Positions 44,879 through 54,344 of a stretch of 61,892 bases of DNA are shown here, one piece after another. The notes under the pieces were generated by a model that had not been told where the DNA came from, did not search any database, and saw only the letters and a list, made by a program, of their open reading frames with translations. The stretch spans positions 1 to 61,892 of the forward strand of contig CAYXMT010000001.1 of NCBI GenBank assembly GCA_964466175.1, read 5' to 3'. Both the position numbers and the translations under genes were made by a program. The stretch is from an uncultured Methanosarcinales archaeon. Its GTDB lineage: Archaea > Nanobdellota > Nanobdellia > Woesearchaeales > GW2011-AR4. How positions within the stretch are numbered: the first letter of the stretch is position 1; the number at the start of each line of letters is the position of its first letter.

Positions 44879-44974
44879 TCCCCTTTACAGGGGACCAAAT
44901 GCCTCCATACTCAAAAACGTTGGGGGTGGTTTTTTAGAAATGGAGGCATAGAAAAATACATCCTTTGCAGGATG
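44879..44974. terminator. Three consecutive hairpins between the convergent nitroreductase and ftsZ genes
   Basis: TCCCCT-TTAC-AGGGGA (44879-44894). ATGCCTCCAT (44899-44908) / ATGGAGGCAT (44940-44949), with GGGGGTGGTTTTTT in the loop. CATCCT-TTGC-AGGATG (44959-44974). Confidence 0.45.
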
Positions 44975-44997
44975 CCACCACAAAGACTAAAGGGTGA

Positions 44998-46074
44998 TCA
45001 TTCATCTAGGATTTCTATGCCCAATTCTTCACTTATCTGTTGGACCTCCGGACTTGCCGCGAGCGGACTTTGTTTGCCCAAAATACATGAGCTCTTTACT
45101 CCTGTAACTATGGTCATTACAGTGAGTTTTCCTTTCATATCTTCCTGAACACGAGCGCCCCAGATAACATTTGCATCTGCATCAAGGCTTTCTGTAACCA
45201 TTTCTCCAACTTTGCTTATCTCATCAAGAGTCATATCAGGACCCCCAATGATGTGCAGTAATGCACCTGTTGCTCCCTTGTAATTGATATCCAAAAGAGG
45301 ATTTTCCAGAGCACCTTTTACCGCTTCTTCTACTTTGTTTGTTGTATCTGAAGCACCAACACCAATAGCAGCAACACCACCATTTTTCATAATGGCCCTT
45401 ACATCTGCATAATCCAGGTTAACCAATGAAGGAACTGCAATAGTTTCCACTATGCCTTTTATCATTGTTGCAATAAGCTCATTAGCAACTGCAAATGCCT
45501 GCTGTATAGGCAGGTTACCCGCAATTTTAACCAGTCTATTGTTGTCTATTACTATTACTGTATCAGAAACATCTCTTAGCTGCTCCAGCCCAAATTCAGC
45601 TTTGTCTACTCTTGCTCTTTCTATTTTGAAAGGCATAGTAACAGTTCCAATAACTATAGCTCCTGTATCTCTAGCTACTTGAGCAACTATTGGAGCTCCT
45701 CCTGTTCCTGTACCGCCACCCATGCCAGCGCATACAAAAACCATGTCACTTTCCTTTAAGCATTGTTTTAATTCTTGCAGGCTTTCTTTTGCAGATTCTG
45801 CTCCTTTTTCAGGAAATCCACCGCATCCTAAGCCTCTTGTGACGCCTTTTCCCAACAGAAATTTACTATCTGCATTTATAATATTCAAATGCTGCTGGTC
45901 TGTGTTGCAGGCTAAAATCTCAGCGCCTTTAACACCTTTATTATATAGCCAACCAACCATATTATTACCGGCTCCTCCAACCCCTATAACTCTTATCTTT
46001 GCCTGTCCTACACTTACACCCTCTAATTTAGTTTCTTCACTGTTTTTTATTGCGTTTTCAACAAAAAAATCCAT
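44998..46074 (-). CDS. ftsZ: Cell division protein FtsZ
   Basis: GVGGAGNN, GGGTGTGGAP; 358 aa. Confidence 0.93.
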   Translation of the reverse strand: MDFFVENAIKNSEETKLEGVSVGQAKIRVIGVGGAGNNMVGWLYNKGVKGAEILACNTDQQHLNIINADSKFLLGKGVTRGLGCGGFPEKGAESAKESLQELKQCLKESDMVFVCAGMGGGTGTGGAPIVAQVARDTGAIVIGTVTMPFKIERARVDKAEFGLEQLRDVSDTVIVIDNNRLVKIAGNLPIQQAFAVANELIATMIKGIVETIAVPSLVNLDYADVRAIMKNGGVAAIGVGASDTTNKVEEAVKGALENPLLDINYKGATGALLHIIGGPDMTLDEISKVGEMVTESLDADANVIWGARVQEDMKGKLTVMTIVTGVKSSCILGKQSPLAASPEVQQISEELGIEILDE

Positions 46075-46190
46075 TTTTTCACCCCTTATTGTTTGTGGTT
46101 TTTATAATATACCTTCTAATATAAATATCAGAGTACCAATATATTTATATTGGAATTGCATCTATACTATCCCATAGAAAAAAGTTGTTT

Positions 46191-46318
46191 ACGCCAATAA
46201 ATAGCTTTTTTACACAAATTTAAGTACTAAAATTCGATTTAAACCAAAAATACGCCAAATAAACACGCTTTTTCGCCAAAAAAAGCTGTTTAACCGAGTT
46301 TTTCGCCAAAAAAACTCG
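46191..46318. repeat. Four CGCCAA(A/T)-centred motifs, two embedded in A/T-run palindromes
   Basis: ACGCCAATAAA at 46191 and ACGCCAAATAAA at 46252. GCTTTTT-CGCC-AAAAAAAGC at 46267-46286. CGAGTTTTT-CGCC-AAAAAAACTCG at 46295-46318. Confidence 0.6.
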
Positions 46319-46418
46319 AATTAGGTTTTTTTATATTCTATATATATTAGTAAGATTATATTTAAACATTTCTAGAGTGGAAAATATAGGTTTTAGTATA
46401 TTGGTTTGCAATAACTTA

Positions 46419-46901
46419 TCAAGGAACCTGAACAAACATAAATCCTGGAATATCACCCCACACCTCTGTTGGTTTAAGTATCTTTACAGGATATCTTTTT
46501 TGTGAAAATCCACCCTCTCTATCGAAATATGGCCAAAGGGTTTGCTTACCAATCTCAACCAAGCCATTCTCCATATAAGGAACATTTTTTCTGAAACCTA
46601 GAATTCCTTCCTTCCTCACTTCACTGATTGTAAGTATACTTTCATCAAGTGATGATGTTAAGCCTGTTGCTCCTACATCTCTCCATAGGTGTATTTTACT
46701 CCCACTTTCATCATCTTCTCTCATAATCCTATACTTAGCATTTGAATGATCACACTGAACATATAACATAGAACCGGGTCTCAAATTTTTTAAATGAAAT
46801 CGATTTATCATTATTTTTCGGTCGTCCAGATGGTCTTGATAATTTGGATCCATAATATTATTAGGTTCAAATCTATTTACATAGTCATCTATAAACTCCA
46901 T
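46419..46901 (-). CDS. Hypothetical protein (160 aa)
   Basis: ORF only; no domain recognised. Confidence 0.45.
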   Translation of the reverse strand: MEFIDDYVNRFEPNNIMDPNYQDHLDDRKIMINRFHLKNLRPGSMLYVQCDHSNAKYRIMREDDESGSKIHLWRDVGATGLTSSLDESILTISEVRKEGILGFRKNVPYMENGLVEIGKQTLWPYFDREGGFSQKRYPVKILKPTEVWGDIPGFMFVQVP

Positions 46902-47051
46902 AAATCCCTTTTGAAATGGGGTAATTCAATCATACTAAATAAAAATAGATGTTTTATATAAAAATCTTTCTATATTTACCCCTAAAGAATAACAACCAAT
47001 TAACTTAATACATAACAAAGTTAAAATAACTTTCCATATTCCATTGATTCT

Positions 47052-47810
47052 ATGACCCTAAACTTCATAGGTATTGGTCTTAATGATGAGAAAGACATCA
47101 GCCTAAAAGGCCTTGAAATAGTAAAAAAAGCAGATTTTGTCTATCTTGAGAACTACACTGCAAAAATAAACTGCAATATAAGCTATCTTGAAAAATTATA
47201 TGGCAAAAAGGTCATTTTAGCTGATAGAAAACTAGTTGAAATTGATGCTGAAAATACAATACTAAAGCAGGCAAAAACAAAAGAAGTAGCTTTCCTTATT
47301 GTAGGTGATGTTTTCTCTGCAACAACACATATAGATTTGTACTTAAGAGCAAAAAAGCTTCAAATTAAAACAAAAATAGTGCATAATGCATCTGTTTTAA
47401 CTGCAATTAGCGTTACAGGACTTCAATTATACAATTTCGGCAAAACTGCATCTATTCCTTTCCTTAATGACAATATAGAAACTCCTTATGATGTTTTGGC
47501 AATAAACCAAAAAAACAACTTACACACCCTATTTCTTTTAGATATAAAAGAAAATTCTAATGACAGTTTGCCCATGCATGATGCAATAAGATACTTATTG
47601 AAAGTAGAGATGAAAAGAAATGAAAAAATATTTACTGACAACACTTTATGCATTGGCTGCACTAAACTAGGCTCTTTAGATCAGATAATCAGGGCTGGAA
47701 AAACAAAAGAACTGCTACAATACATGTTCAAAGGAGGAATGCATTGTTTAATAGTACCTGCAAAAAAACTCCATTTCATGGAAGAAGAAGCTTTGAAGCT
47801 TTATTTCTAA
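47052..47810 (+). CDS. dph5: Diphthine synthase
   Basis: MTLNFIGIGLNDEKDISLKGLEIVKKADFVYLENYT...VGDVFSATTH. Confidence 0.88.
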   Translation: MTLNFIGIGLNDEKDISLKGLEIVKKADFVYLENYTAKINCNISYLEKLYGKKVILADRKLVEIDAENTILKQAKTKEVAFLIVGDVFSATTHIDLYLRAKKLQIKTKIVHNASVLTAISVTGLQLYNFGKTASIPFLNDNIETPYDVLAINQKNNLHTLFLLDIKENSNDSLPMHDAIRYLLKVEMKRNEKIFTDNTLCIGCTKLGSLDQIIRAGKTKELLQYMFKGGMHCLIVPAKKLHFMEEEALKLYF

Positions 47811-48157
47811 AGACAATGATTGTCCTCGCAGCCATTTATACATAAAAATATCTCCTGCAGTGGATTTCCATTCTCGCAATAAAATTCCCATAAATAATTG
47901 AAATTCAGGCAATAATCATTGAATTCAAACCTTGTTGCATTATCATAAAACCCAAACACAGTTCCATTAACCCATCTTACCATCCCTCTGTCTGTATCAT
48001 GGCATAGCCTTATTGTTGTTATGTTTTCTTCTGTTACTTCCTCTTCTGCAGCTTCAATTTCCTCAATTTTATAAGCTTGTGTAGTAATTTCTTCTTTACC
48101 GCAACCGTAAATAAAAAGAAGAAAAATAATAAAGATCAATATCGGGATTCTTTTCAT
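47807..48157 (-). CDS. Small Cys-rich lipoprotein/secreted protein
   Basis: MKRIPILIFIIFLLFIYGCGKEE signal/lipobox. Start placed at ATG 48157 so that it does not run up to the adjacent tRNA gene. Confidence 0.45.
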   Translation of the reverse strand: MKRIPILIFIIFLLFIYGCGKEEITTQAYKIEEIEAAEEEVTEENITTIRLCHDTDRGMVRWVNGTVFGFYDNATRFEFNDYCLNFNYLWEFYCENGNPLQEIFLCINGCEDNHCL

Positions 48158-48241
48158 ATTCTTATAATTTGATGTTTGGTATAAATAATTTTTGAAATTT
48201 AAGATAATTTTATAAATTAGCTTTGTTGTCATTTACATTAC

Positions 48242-48327
48242 AGCCCCGTAGTCTAGCGGTCAAGGATATCGGCTTTTGGACGCTTGGAAAACAGCCGACG
48301 GCCCAGGTTCGAATCCTGGCGGGGCTA
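48242..48327 (+). tRNA. tRNA-Gln (anticodon TTG) with a ~13-nt intron after position 37
   Basis: AGCCCCG-TA-GTCT..GGAT-A-TCGGC-TTTTGG [48280-48292] A-GCCGA-CGGC-CCAGG-TTCGAAT-CCTGG-CGGGGCT-A. Confidence 0.8.
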
Positions 48328-48350
48328 CTTAATCTTTTTATAATTATGCT

Positions 48351-48929
48351 TCACCCATGTTTCCAGAAATGCAAGCTATATCCAAACTTCAAATACTCTA
48401 GTGCTTTTTTTATGTCGTTGAATGACAACACCTTCCTTGAAATGTGATGTTCCTTAAAAATGGATTCATTCTTTTCGTGCGTAATCCATTTATAATTTTT
48501 AAGAATTTTTACTAAATTTTCAATAGCCTTTTCCTGAATGAATTTTTCAGTATTTTTATCAATGCGATCTTTGTCGTAAAATACGTGCATTAATTCATGC
48601 ATCAAAGTTCCCAACACAGCTTGGGGTGTCATTCTGTCATGTATTATAGTTATTGGAGAACTGTATTGGAAACTAGTAAAACCAGAAAATACCCAGTAAT
48701 TCTTTTTAAGCTGCCTAACCCAAGGAAAATGAGCTTTGCGAACTATTAAATTATTAATTATTTTACCATCAAATTTAGTATTAAATTGAGGGTTATCCTT
48801 AAAATGCTCCAACCAACTACAGGCAACTATTAAGAATGAAGCATATGCTTGGAATGCTCTATCATGATGTATCTTAATTTCAACATTTTGTCCATTAGGG
48901 CTCTCAACCTCGACCTTTTGTTCAAACAT
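48351..48929 (-). CDS. Hypothetical protein with HExxH (HELMH) zinc-metallopeptidase-like motif
   Basis: LGTLMHELMHVFYDKD at about residue 110; family not recognised. Confidence 0.45.
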   Translation of the reverse strand: MFEQKVEVESPNGQNVEIKIHHDRAFQAYASFLIVACSWLEHFKDNPQFNTKFDGKIINNLIVRKAHFPWVRQLKKNYWVFSGFTSFQYSSPITIIHDRMTPQAVLGTLMHELMHVFYDKDRIDKNTEKFIQEKAIENLVKILKNYKWITHEKNESIFKEHHISRKVLSFNDIKKALEYLKFGYSLHFWKHG

Positions 48930-49119
48930 ATACTCTTACATTTTTTCATCCCATAAAAACTTTATTATTTTTTACCTTAAACAAATGGGTGTTTTCAATA
49001 ACATTTATAAACCATATAACATTCCCAAATCTATTCAAGAGATGTGTCGGTTTAGGCTTGCACATACTGGAGACAAATAATTCTCTTTGTTTCCGTAAAG
49101 ATAAGATAATTCAATAAAA

Positions 49120-49575
49120 ATGGCACGAATGTATTCAAGGAAGCACGGAAAATCCGGCTCCAAAAAACCTGTCAAGAAAACCTTGCCAGTATGGTTAAGT
49201 TATAAGCCAGAAGAAGTAGAGCTTTTAATAGCCAAATTAGCCAAAGAAGGAAAAAGTTCTTCTGAAATAGGCATTGTTCTTAGGGATACATACGGAATTT
49301 CTGATGTAAGGCTCTTGTGCAAGAAAAAAATCTTCCAGATACTGGAAGAAAAGAAAATAGCTCCAGAGCTTCCTGACGATTTAATGGCATTAATAAGAAA
49401 ATCCGTAGCAGTAAGAAAGCATTTAGAAACAAACCACATAGATGAGACAGCTAAAAGAGGATTAATATTAACAGAATCAAGCATAAAACGACTTACAAAA
49501 CACTACAAAAGAACAGGAAAGCTTGCTTCAGAGTGGAAATTCGATCCTGAAAGAGCTGGATTCTTTACGAAATAA
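49120..49575 (+). CDS. rps15: 30S ribosomal protein S15 (uS15, S13e type)
   Basis: MARMYSRKHGKSGSKKP...; 151 aa. Confidence 0.9.
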   Translation: MARMYSRKHGKSGSKKPVKKTLPVWLSYKPEEVELLIAKLAKEGKSSSEIGIVLRDTYGISDVRLLCKKKIFQILEEKKIAPELPDDLMALIRKSVAVRKHLETNHIDETAKRGLILTESSIKRLTKHYKRTGKLASEWKFDPERAGFFTK

Positions 49576-50472
49576 TCAAACTTTTCTTTCAACAACAAAA
49601 TCAGCCAATTCATTAAAGAATTTAAACCCTTCTTCATTCAGCTTAGCTTTCTCTAAATATTTTTTAGCCTCAACAGTCTTATTTTTTGCATAAGTTCCTG
49701 CATCTTTCATTGTCTTGCTTAAATCCATCATATCATCATGAATTTGAAAAGCCAATGCCATGCTGTCTGCATATTTATCCAAAGCTTCCAATTGAAAATC
49801 TTTTGCATTATTTAACAAAGCTCCAAACTTTATAGAAGAAGAAAACAAAGGGCCTGTTTTCGCAGCTGCCATTTTAACATAGTCTTCTTCCTTGATATCT
49901 TTATCTGCAGAAATGCATAAATCAAGCATCTGGCCTTCATTAATTCTGGCATAAGCATCATTGAAAATCTCCAGGGATTTTTTCTTAATGCTGTCATCTA
50001 AATTAGAATCTAAAATGCATGACTTTGACAATGAAAACAATATATTTCCCTGCAAAACAGCCATTGAAACAGAAAATCTTTTTGAATGACTGTTAAACAA
50101 ATCTCCTTCACAAGCAGAATCTGAAAAATTTTTCTTGAAATACGCCTCAAATATTTTATGCATTGTTGGCTTATCCCTCCTTAGTAAATCTTCATCCATC
50201 ATATCATCATGTATCAATGAAGAAGCATGTATAAGCTCTGGAACAATGCAAACAGGATAAATCTTACTCTCATCAGAATCATTAATTGCCTTAAATGACA
50301 TTATAGTGGCTATAGGCCTCAATCTCTTGCCAGGCCTTAAAGTAAATTCCTTAAGATAACCATAGCTTTCCTTTAGAAAGTCATCGTCTTTCTTTATCCC
50401 ATTATCAAAGAATTTAATTAATTCATTGTCAATGATTTTTTTATAATTATCCAGACTATTGTTAAATTCCAT
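49576..50472 (-). CDS. idsA: Polyprenyl (geranylgeranyl) diphosphate synthase
   Basis: First DDxxD in LIHDDMMDEDLLRR and second in QIHDDMMD. Confidence 0.85.
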   Translation of the reverse strand: MEFNNSLDNYKKIIDNELIKFFDNGIKKDDDFLKESYGYLKEFTLRPGKRLRPIATIMSFKAINDSDESKIYPVCIVPELIHASSLIHDDMMDEDLLRRDKPTMHKIFEAYFKKNFSDSACEGDLFNSHSKRFSVSMAVLQGNILFSLSKSCILDSNLDDSIKKKSLEIFNDAYARINEGQMLDLCISADKDIKEEDYVKMAAAKTGPLFSSSIKFGALLNNAKDFQLEALDKYADSMALAFQIHDDMMDLSKTMKDAGTYAKNKTVEAKKYLEKAKLNEEGFKFFNELADFVVERKV

Positions 50473-51388
50473 TTGTAATGTTCCTTATTTTATCAACAAC
50501 TTCATTTATAGTAATATCAGGTGTAGAAGCTCCTGCTGTTACACCAATATTCTCTTTGCCATTAAACCATTCTTTTTCCAATTGCTCAGCAGATTGTATA
50601 AAATAAGTCTCAACACCCAACTCTTTGCTTTTTGCTGCCAATTCTTTTGAATTGCTTGATTTTTTGCTGCCAATTACAATCATTACATCTGCTTTATTTG
50701 CTATTTCCTCTGTATCTGACTGTCTTTGCTTTGTAGGATTGCAAATAGTATCCACAAAAACAAAATTCTTTTCAATATCTTTCAAATTCAAAGAAAGCTG
50801 CTCAAATTTGTTATCAAAAATATCATTAATATTGTTTATTAATTTCTTATAGCCATCAACTGACATTGTTGTTTGGGAAATTATCGCAACTTTCTCAAAT
50901 TTATTCTTATTTATGTGCTCAATAACAGAAGAAGCATCATCTGGACTTTCAACAATAAACGTATCTTTGCCTTTGATATGATAGCTGGTTCCTATACTCT
51001 CCGGATGGTCACGCTTTCCAAATATAATAACCTCATAGCCATTGTTTTTCAGTTTAATTACAACATTATGCACCAAGGTTACTAATGGACATGTAGCATC
51101 ATTAAGCTTCTCATTCTCAATGTTTTTCCCCTTTAATTCCTCATATGTTGTTCCTGGTTCGCCATGCGCCCTTAAAACAGTAACAGAATTCTTAGGAATT
51201 TCTTCAATATTATCTGCAAAAATAATATTTTTCTTCTTCAGATCATCAATAACTCTTTCATTATGCACAAGCTGCCCGTAAACATATGTTTTTCCATTTA
51301 ATGCAGTATGCTCTGCTATATCTATTGCTCTCTTGACTCCAAAACAGAATCCGGCATGTTTCGCTACGGTTATTTTCAATTTGAACAT
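50462..51388 (-). CDS. ispH: 4-hydroxy-3-methylbut-2-enyl diphosphate reductase (IspH/LytB)
   Basis: HAGFCFGVKRAI, LVHN, ATCPLV, DTICNPT. The true start may be TTG 51379 (MKITVAK...), which aligns with the cyclase ATG in the shared leader. Overlaps idsA by 11 nt. Confidence 0.85.
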   Translation of the reverse strand: MFKLKITVAKHAGFCFGVKRAIDIAEHTALNGKTYVYGQLVHNERVIDDLKKKNIIFADNIEEIPKNSVTVLRAHGEPGTTYEELKGKNIENEKLNDATCPLVTLVHNVVIKLKNNGYEVIIFGKRDHPESIGTSYHIKGKDTFIVESPDDASSVIEHINKNKFEKVAIISQTTMSVDGYKKLINNINDIFDNKFEQLSLNLKDIEKNFVFVDTICNPTKQRQSDTEEIANKADVMIVIGSKKSSNSKELAAKSKELGVETYFIQSAEQLEKEWFNGKENIGVTAGASTPDITINEVVDKIRNITNGI

Positions 51389-51480
51389 GCCTCCGTCTTA
51401 TGGATTTTCAAATTGAAAGCTACGAACGTCCCAGAGGGATACAGGAACGTTAGTGATTGTATTAGTGAGTATGTTTTCAT
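51374..51480 (-). promoter_or_regulatory. Conserved leader element F, copy 2 (with an extra internal hairpin)
   Basis: Sense strand: AUGAAAACAUACUCACUA...[ACGUUCC..GGGACGU hairpin]..CGUUCGUAGCUU-UCAAUUUGAA-[21-nt loop with GGAGG]-UUCAAAUUGAAA. The 12-bp stem is 51374-51385 / 51407-51418. Confidence 0.5.
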
Positions 51481-51518
51481 TTTTATTATTGAATCGTTTT
51501 TCATTGAATTCTCAATTA

Positions 51519-51725
51519 CTATTTTTTGCTTCTTTTAACTCCGCCAGCCTTATACGGCGTATACTTCCCTTTAGCTTTCTGAGAAACTTTTTCCTCTGGA
51601 AAAACATCATATTTCTCAGATTCATCATAACCACAGTCCTTGCAGACAATGCATTTAATATCCATATAACTAATTAATTTAATATCTTCTGACTTGCATT
51701 TAGGACATTTATTTTTGATTTCCAT
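51519..51725 (-). CDS. Small zinc-ribbon protein (68 aa)
   Basis: CPKC...CIVCKDC, with a Lys-rich tail. Confidence 0.55.
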   Translation of the reverse strand: MEIKNKCPKCKSEDIKLISYMDIKCIVCKDCGYDESEKYDVFPEEKVSQKAKGKYTPYKAGGVKRSKK

Positions 51726-51773
51726 ATAAGGGGTAAAATTTGGTGTTTTATTAAGGTTTTTATAGAAACAAAG

Positions 51774-52046
51774 CTAAATAATCTTCTCTTTACTATCTTT
51801 CTTAACTATATGAATCACATTCACAGGACATGAATCAGCAGCTTCTTTGTTTATCTCAAAATCTTTTTCCTCAATCTCACGCTCCTGCCACCCATCTTCC
51901 TTGTCCTTGCCGCCTTTGATATCTGACTTGCCGCCATCATGCATCTCCCAGAAATCCGGCGCTACAGCAGCACATGCAGCGCAACCTATGCAGTTAGGCC
52001 TGTCATGCTGTAATACATATTTTTTAGATTTTTCTTCATCTGACAT
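51774..52046 (-). CDS. Small mono-cluster ferredoxin
   Basis: CIGCAACAAVAP...SCPVNVI. Confidence 0.7.
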   Translation of the reverse strand: MSDEEKSKKYVLQHDRPNCIGCAACAAVAPDFWEMHDGGKSDIKGGKDKEDGWQEREIEEKDFEINKEAADSCPVNVIHIVKKDSKEKII

Positions 52047-52079
52047 TTTACAAAAGAAATATGCACCTCATATATAAAT

Positions 52080-53615
52080 CTAATGCCAAAACAATCTAAG
52101 CCCTGTAAACACCATTGCCATATTGTGTTCATTAGCAGCTTCTATAACTTCTTTGTCTTTTATAGACCCCCCTGGTTGGATTATAGCAGTAATTCCGGCT
52201 TTAGCAGCTTCATCAATCCCGTCTCTAAACGGAAAGAATGCGTCAGATGACATAACAGCGCCTTTTGAGTTCTTTCCTGCTTTTCTTCCTGCAATTTTTA
52301 CTGAATCCACTCTTGACATCTGGCCAGCCCCTATTCCCACTGTTTGATTGTCTTTTGCAAAAACTATTGAATTGGATTTAACATGCCATGTTACATTAAA
52401 AGCAAACTTTAATTGCTTTAATTCTTCTGCAGTTGGATTTCTTTTTGTCACAACCTTAAGATTTTTCTTCAATATAGCAGAAATCGGAGAATCTCTTGAT
52501 TGCACCAATAAGCCACCAACAACTTTTTTTGCATAATAGCTTTTTTCTGATTTTTTTATTCCGCCAGTTTCCAGCAGCCTTATATTTTTCTTTTCCTTTA
52601 GAATTTTCAAAGCATTTTTCTCAAATTTTGGGCACATTACAACTTCCATAAACAAGGGCCTGATTAATTTTGCAACTTTCTCATTGCAGTCCCTGTTTAA
52701 GGCAATAATACCTCCAAAAGCTGATAAAGGATCTCCATCATAAGCTTTTTTGAATGCTTCTTCTATTGTATCTGCAATTGCGCAGCCAGCAGGATTAGTA
52801 TGCTTTACAACTGTTGCAGCAGGCTCCTTGAATGTCTTTACAAGCTCAAACGCATTATCTATGTCTAAGATATTATTGAAAGAAAGGGCTTTTCCATGCA
52901 GCTGCTTGGAAGTTCCAATGGAACTTTCATAAATGAAAGGATCAACATAAAAAGCTGCCTTTTGATGCGGATTTTCACCATACCTTAAATCCTGATTTTT
53001 CTTGAAAGTTAAATTAAGTGTATCAGGAAACTTTCCGCTTCCAAACTTTTCATTAAAATACTCATTTATTATTGTATCATACCTTGCAGTATGCTCAAAA
53101 GCTTTTAGTGCAAGATTTTGTTTTAATTCCTCGTTTATTTTTTTCTTTTTTATTTCTTCCAGCACCACATTATAATCCTTAGGGTCAACGATTACCAAAA
53201 CATCTTCAAAATTCTTTGCAGCAGCCCTTACCATAGAAGGCCCGCCAACATCAATATTCTCAATAGATTCCTTAAAACCTGCATTCCTCCCTACTGTTTC
53301 TTCAAAAGGATAAAGATTGACAACAACAATATCTATTAAATCAATTTTATTTGCTTTTAGCTCTTTCATATGCTTCTTATTTTTCCTTAAAGCTAGTATT
53401 CCCCCAAAAATCTTTGGATGCAAACTTTTGACACGACCATCCATCATCTCCTTACTTTTAGTGTATTTAGAAATCTCTGTCACAGGAATTTTTCTTTTCT
53501 TCAACAGTTTTGCAGTCCCTCCGGTAGACAATATCTTTATTCCTAATTTATTCAGTTCTTTAGCAAACTCAACAATACCTTTTTTGTCTGATACTGATAT
53601 CAAAGCCGTTTTCAT
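52080..53615 (-). CDS. purH: Bifunctional AICAR transformylase / IMP cyclohydrolase
   Basis: MKTALISVSDKKGIVEFAKEL...STGGTAK; 511 aa. Confidence 0.9.
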   Translation of the reverse strand: MKTALISVSDKKGIVEFAKELNKLGIKILSTGGTAKLLKKRKIPVTEISKYTKSKEMMDGRVKSLHPKIFGGILALRKNKKHMKELKANKIDLIDIVVVNLYPFEETVGRNAGFKESIENIDVGGPSMVRAAAKNFEDVLVIVDPKDYNVVLEEIKKKKINEELKQNLALKAFEHTARYDTIINEYFNEKFGSGKFPDTLNLTFKKNQDLRYGENPHQKAAFYVDPFIYESSIGTSKQLHGKALSFNNILDIDNAFELVKTFKEPAATVVKHTNPAGCAIADTIEEAFKKAYDGDPLSAFGGIIALNRDCNEKVAKLIRPLFMEVVMCPKFEKNALKILKEKKNIRLLETGGIKKSEKSYYAKKVVGGLLVQSRDSPISAILKKNLKVVTKRNPTAEELKQLKFAFNVTWHVKSNSIVFAKDNQTVGIGAGQMSRVDSVKIAGRKAGKNSKGAVMSSDAFFPFRDGIDEAAKAGITAIIQPGGSIKDKEVIEAANEHNMAMVFTGLRLFWH

Positions 53616-53676
53616 TTTTCAATTATTTTATTTTTTCAATATTTATTATTAATCATTGTTTTTTCTTTATTGTACT

Positions 53677-54285
53677 TTATTCCGAAATTGTAACTTCGCT
53701 ACCTTCAACTTTAATCTTCCCTTCCTCATACAATTTAATAGCTTTAACAATAACTTCCTGCTCTGCTTTTTGCACTTTTGCCTTTAAGCTTTCAATTGTT
53801 TCATTTTTCTCAACATCAACTTTTTTCTGCAGAATTATAGGACCACCATCAACTGATTCATCAACAAAATGCAATGTACATCCAGTTTCCTTTACACTGG
53901 ATTTAAGAACTTCTGCATGCACATCCTTGTCCATTCCACCCGCAAATGCCGGCAATAAAGAAGGATGAATATTCATTATTTTGTTTTTATATTTACCAAC
54001 AAACCAGGAACTTAAGATTCTCATATAGCCAATAGCCAATACTAAATCAACATCATGTTTTTCCAGTTCTTTAGAAACTTCTCTGTCAAATTCTTCCCTT
54101 TCTTTGCCTTTAGAATCAATAAACTTAGCTTCAATATTATGCTCTTTGGCCCTTTCTAGAGCATAAGCATCTTTTTTATTGGAAATAACAACAGAAATCT
54201 TAGAATTTATTTTTTTGGATTCTATAGCATCAATTACTGCCTGCATGTCAGTCGCTTTTGTTGATGCTAAAACTCCGATGTTCAT
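53677..54285 (-). CDS. purN: Phosphoribosylglycinamide formyltransferase
   Basis: NIHPSLLPAFAG and HFVDESVDGGPII. Start placed at ATG 54285. Confidence 0.85.
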   Translation of the reverse strand: MNIGVLASTKATDMQAVIDAIESKKINSKISVVISNKKDAYALERAKEHNIEAKFIDSKGKEREEFDREVSKELEKHDVDLVLAIGYMRILSSWFVGKYKNKIMNIHPSLLPAFAGGMDKDVHAEVLKSSVKETGCTLHFVDESVDGGPIILQKKVDVEKNETIESLKAKVQKAEQEVIVKAIKLYEEGKIKVEGSEVTISE

Positions 54286-54344
54286 ATAATCAATCACCGG
54301 TGCCATTCAGAAAATATAGTAGTTTATAAATCTTTGTGTTGTCC

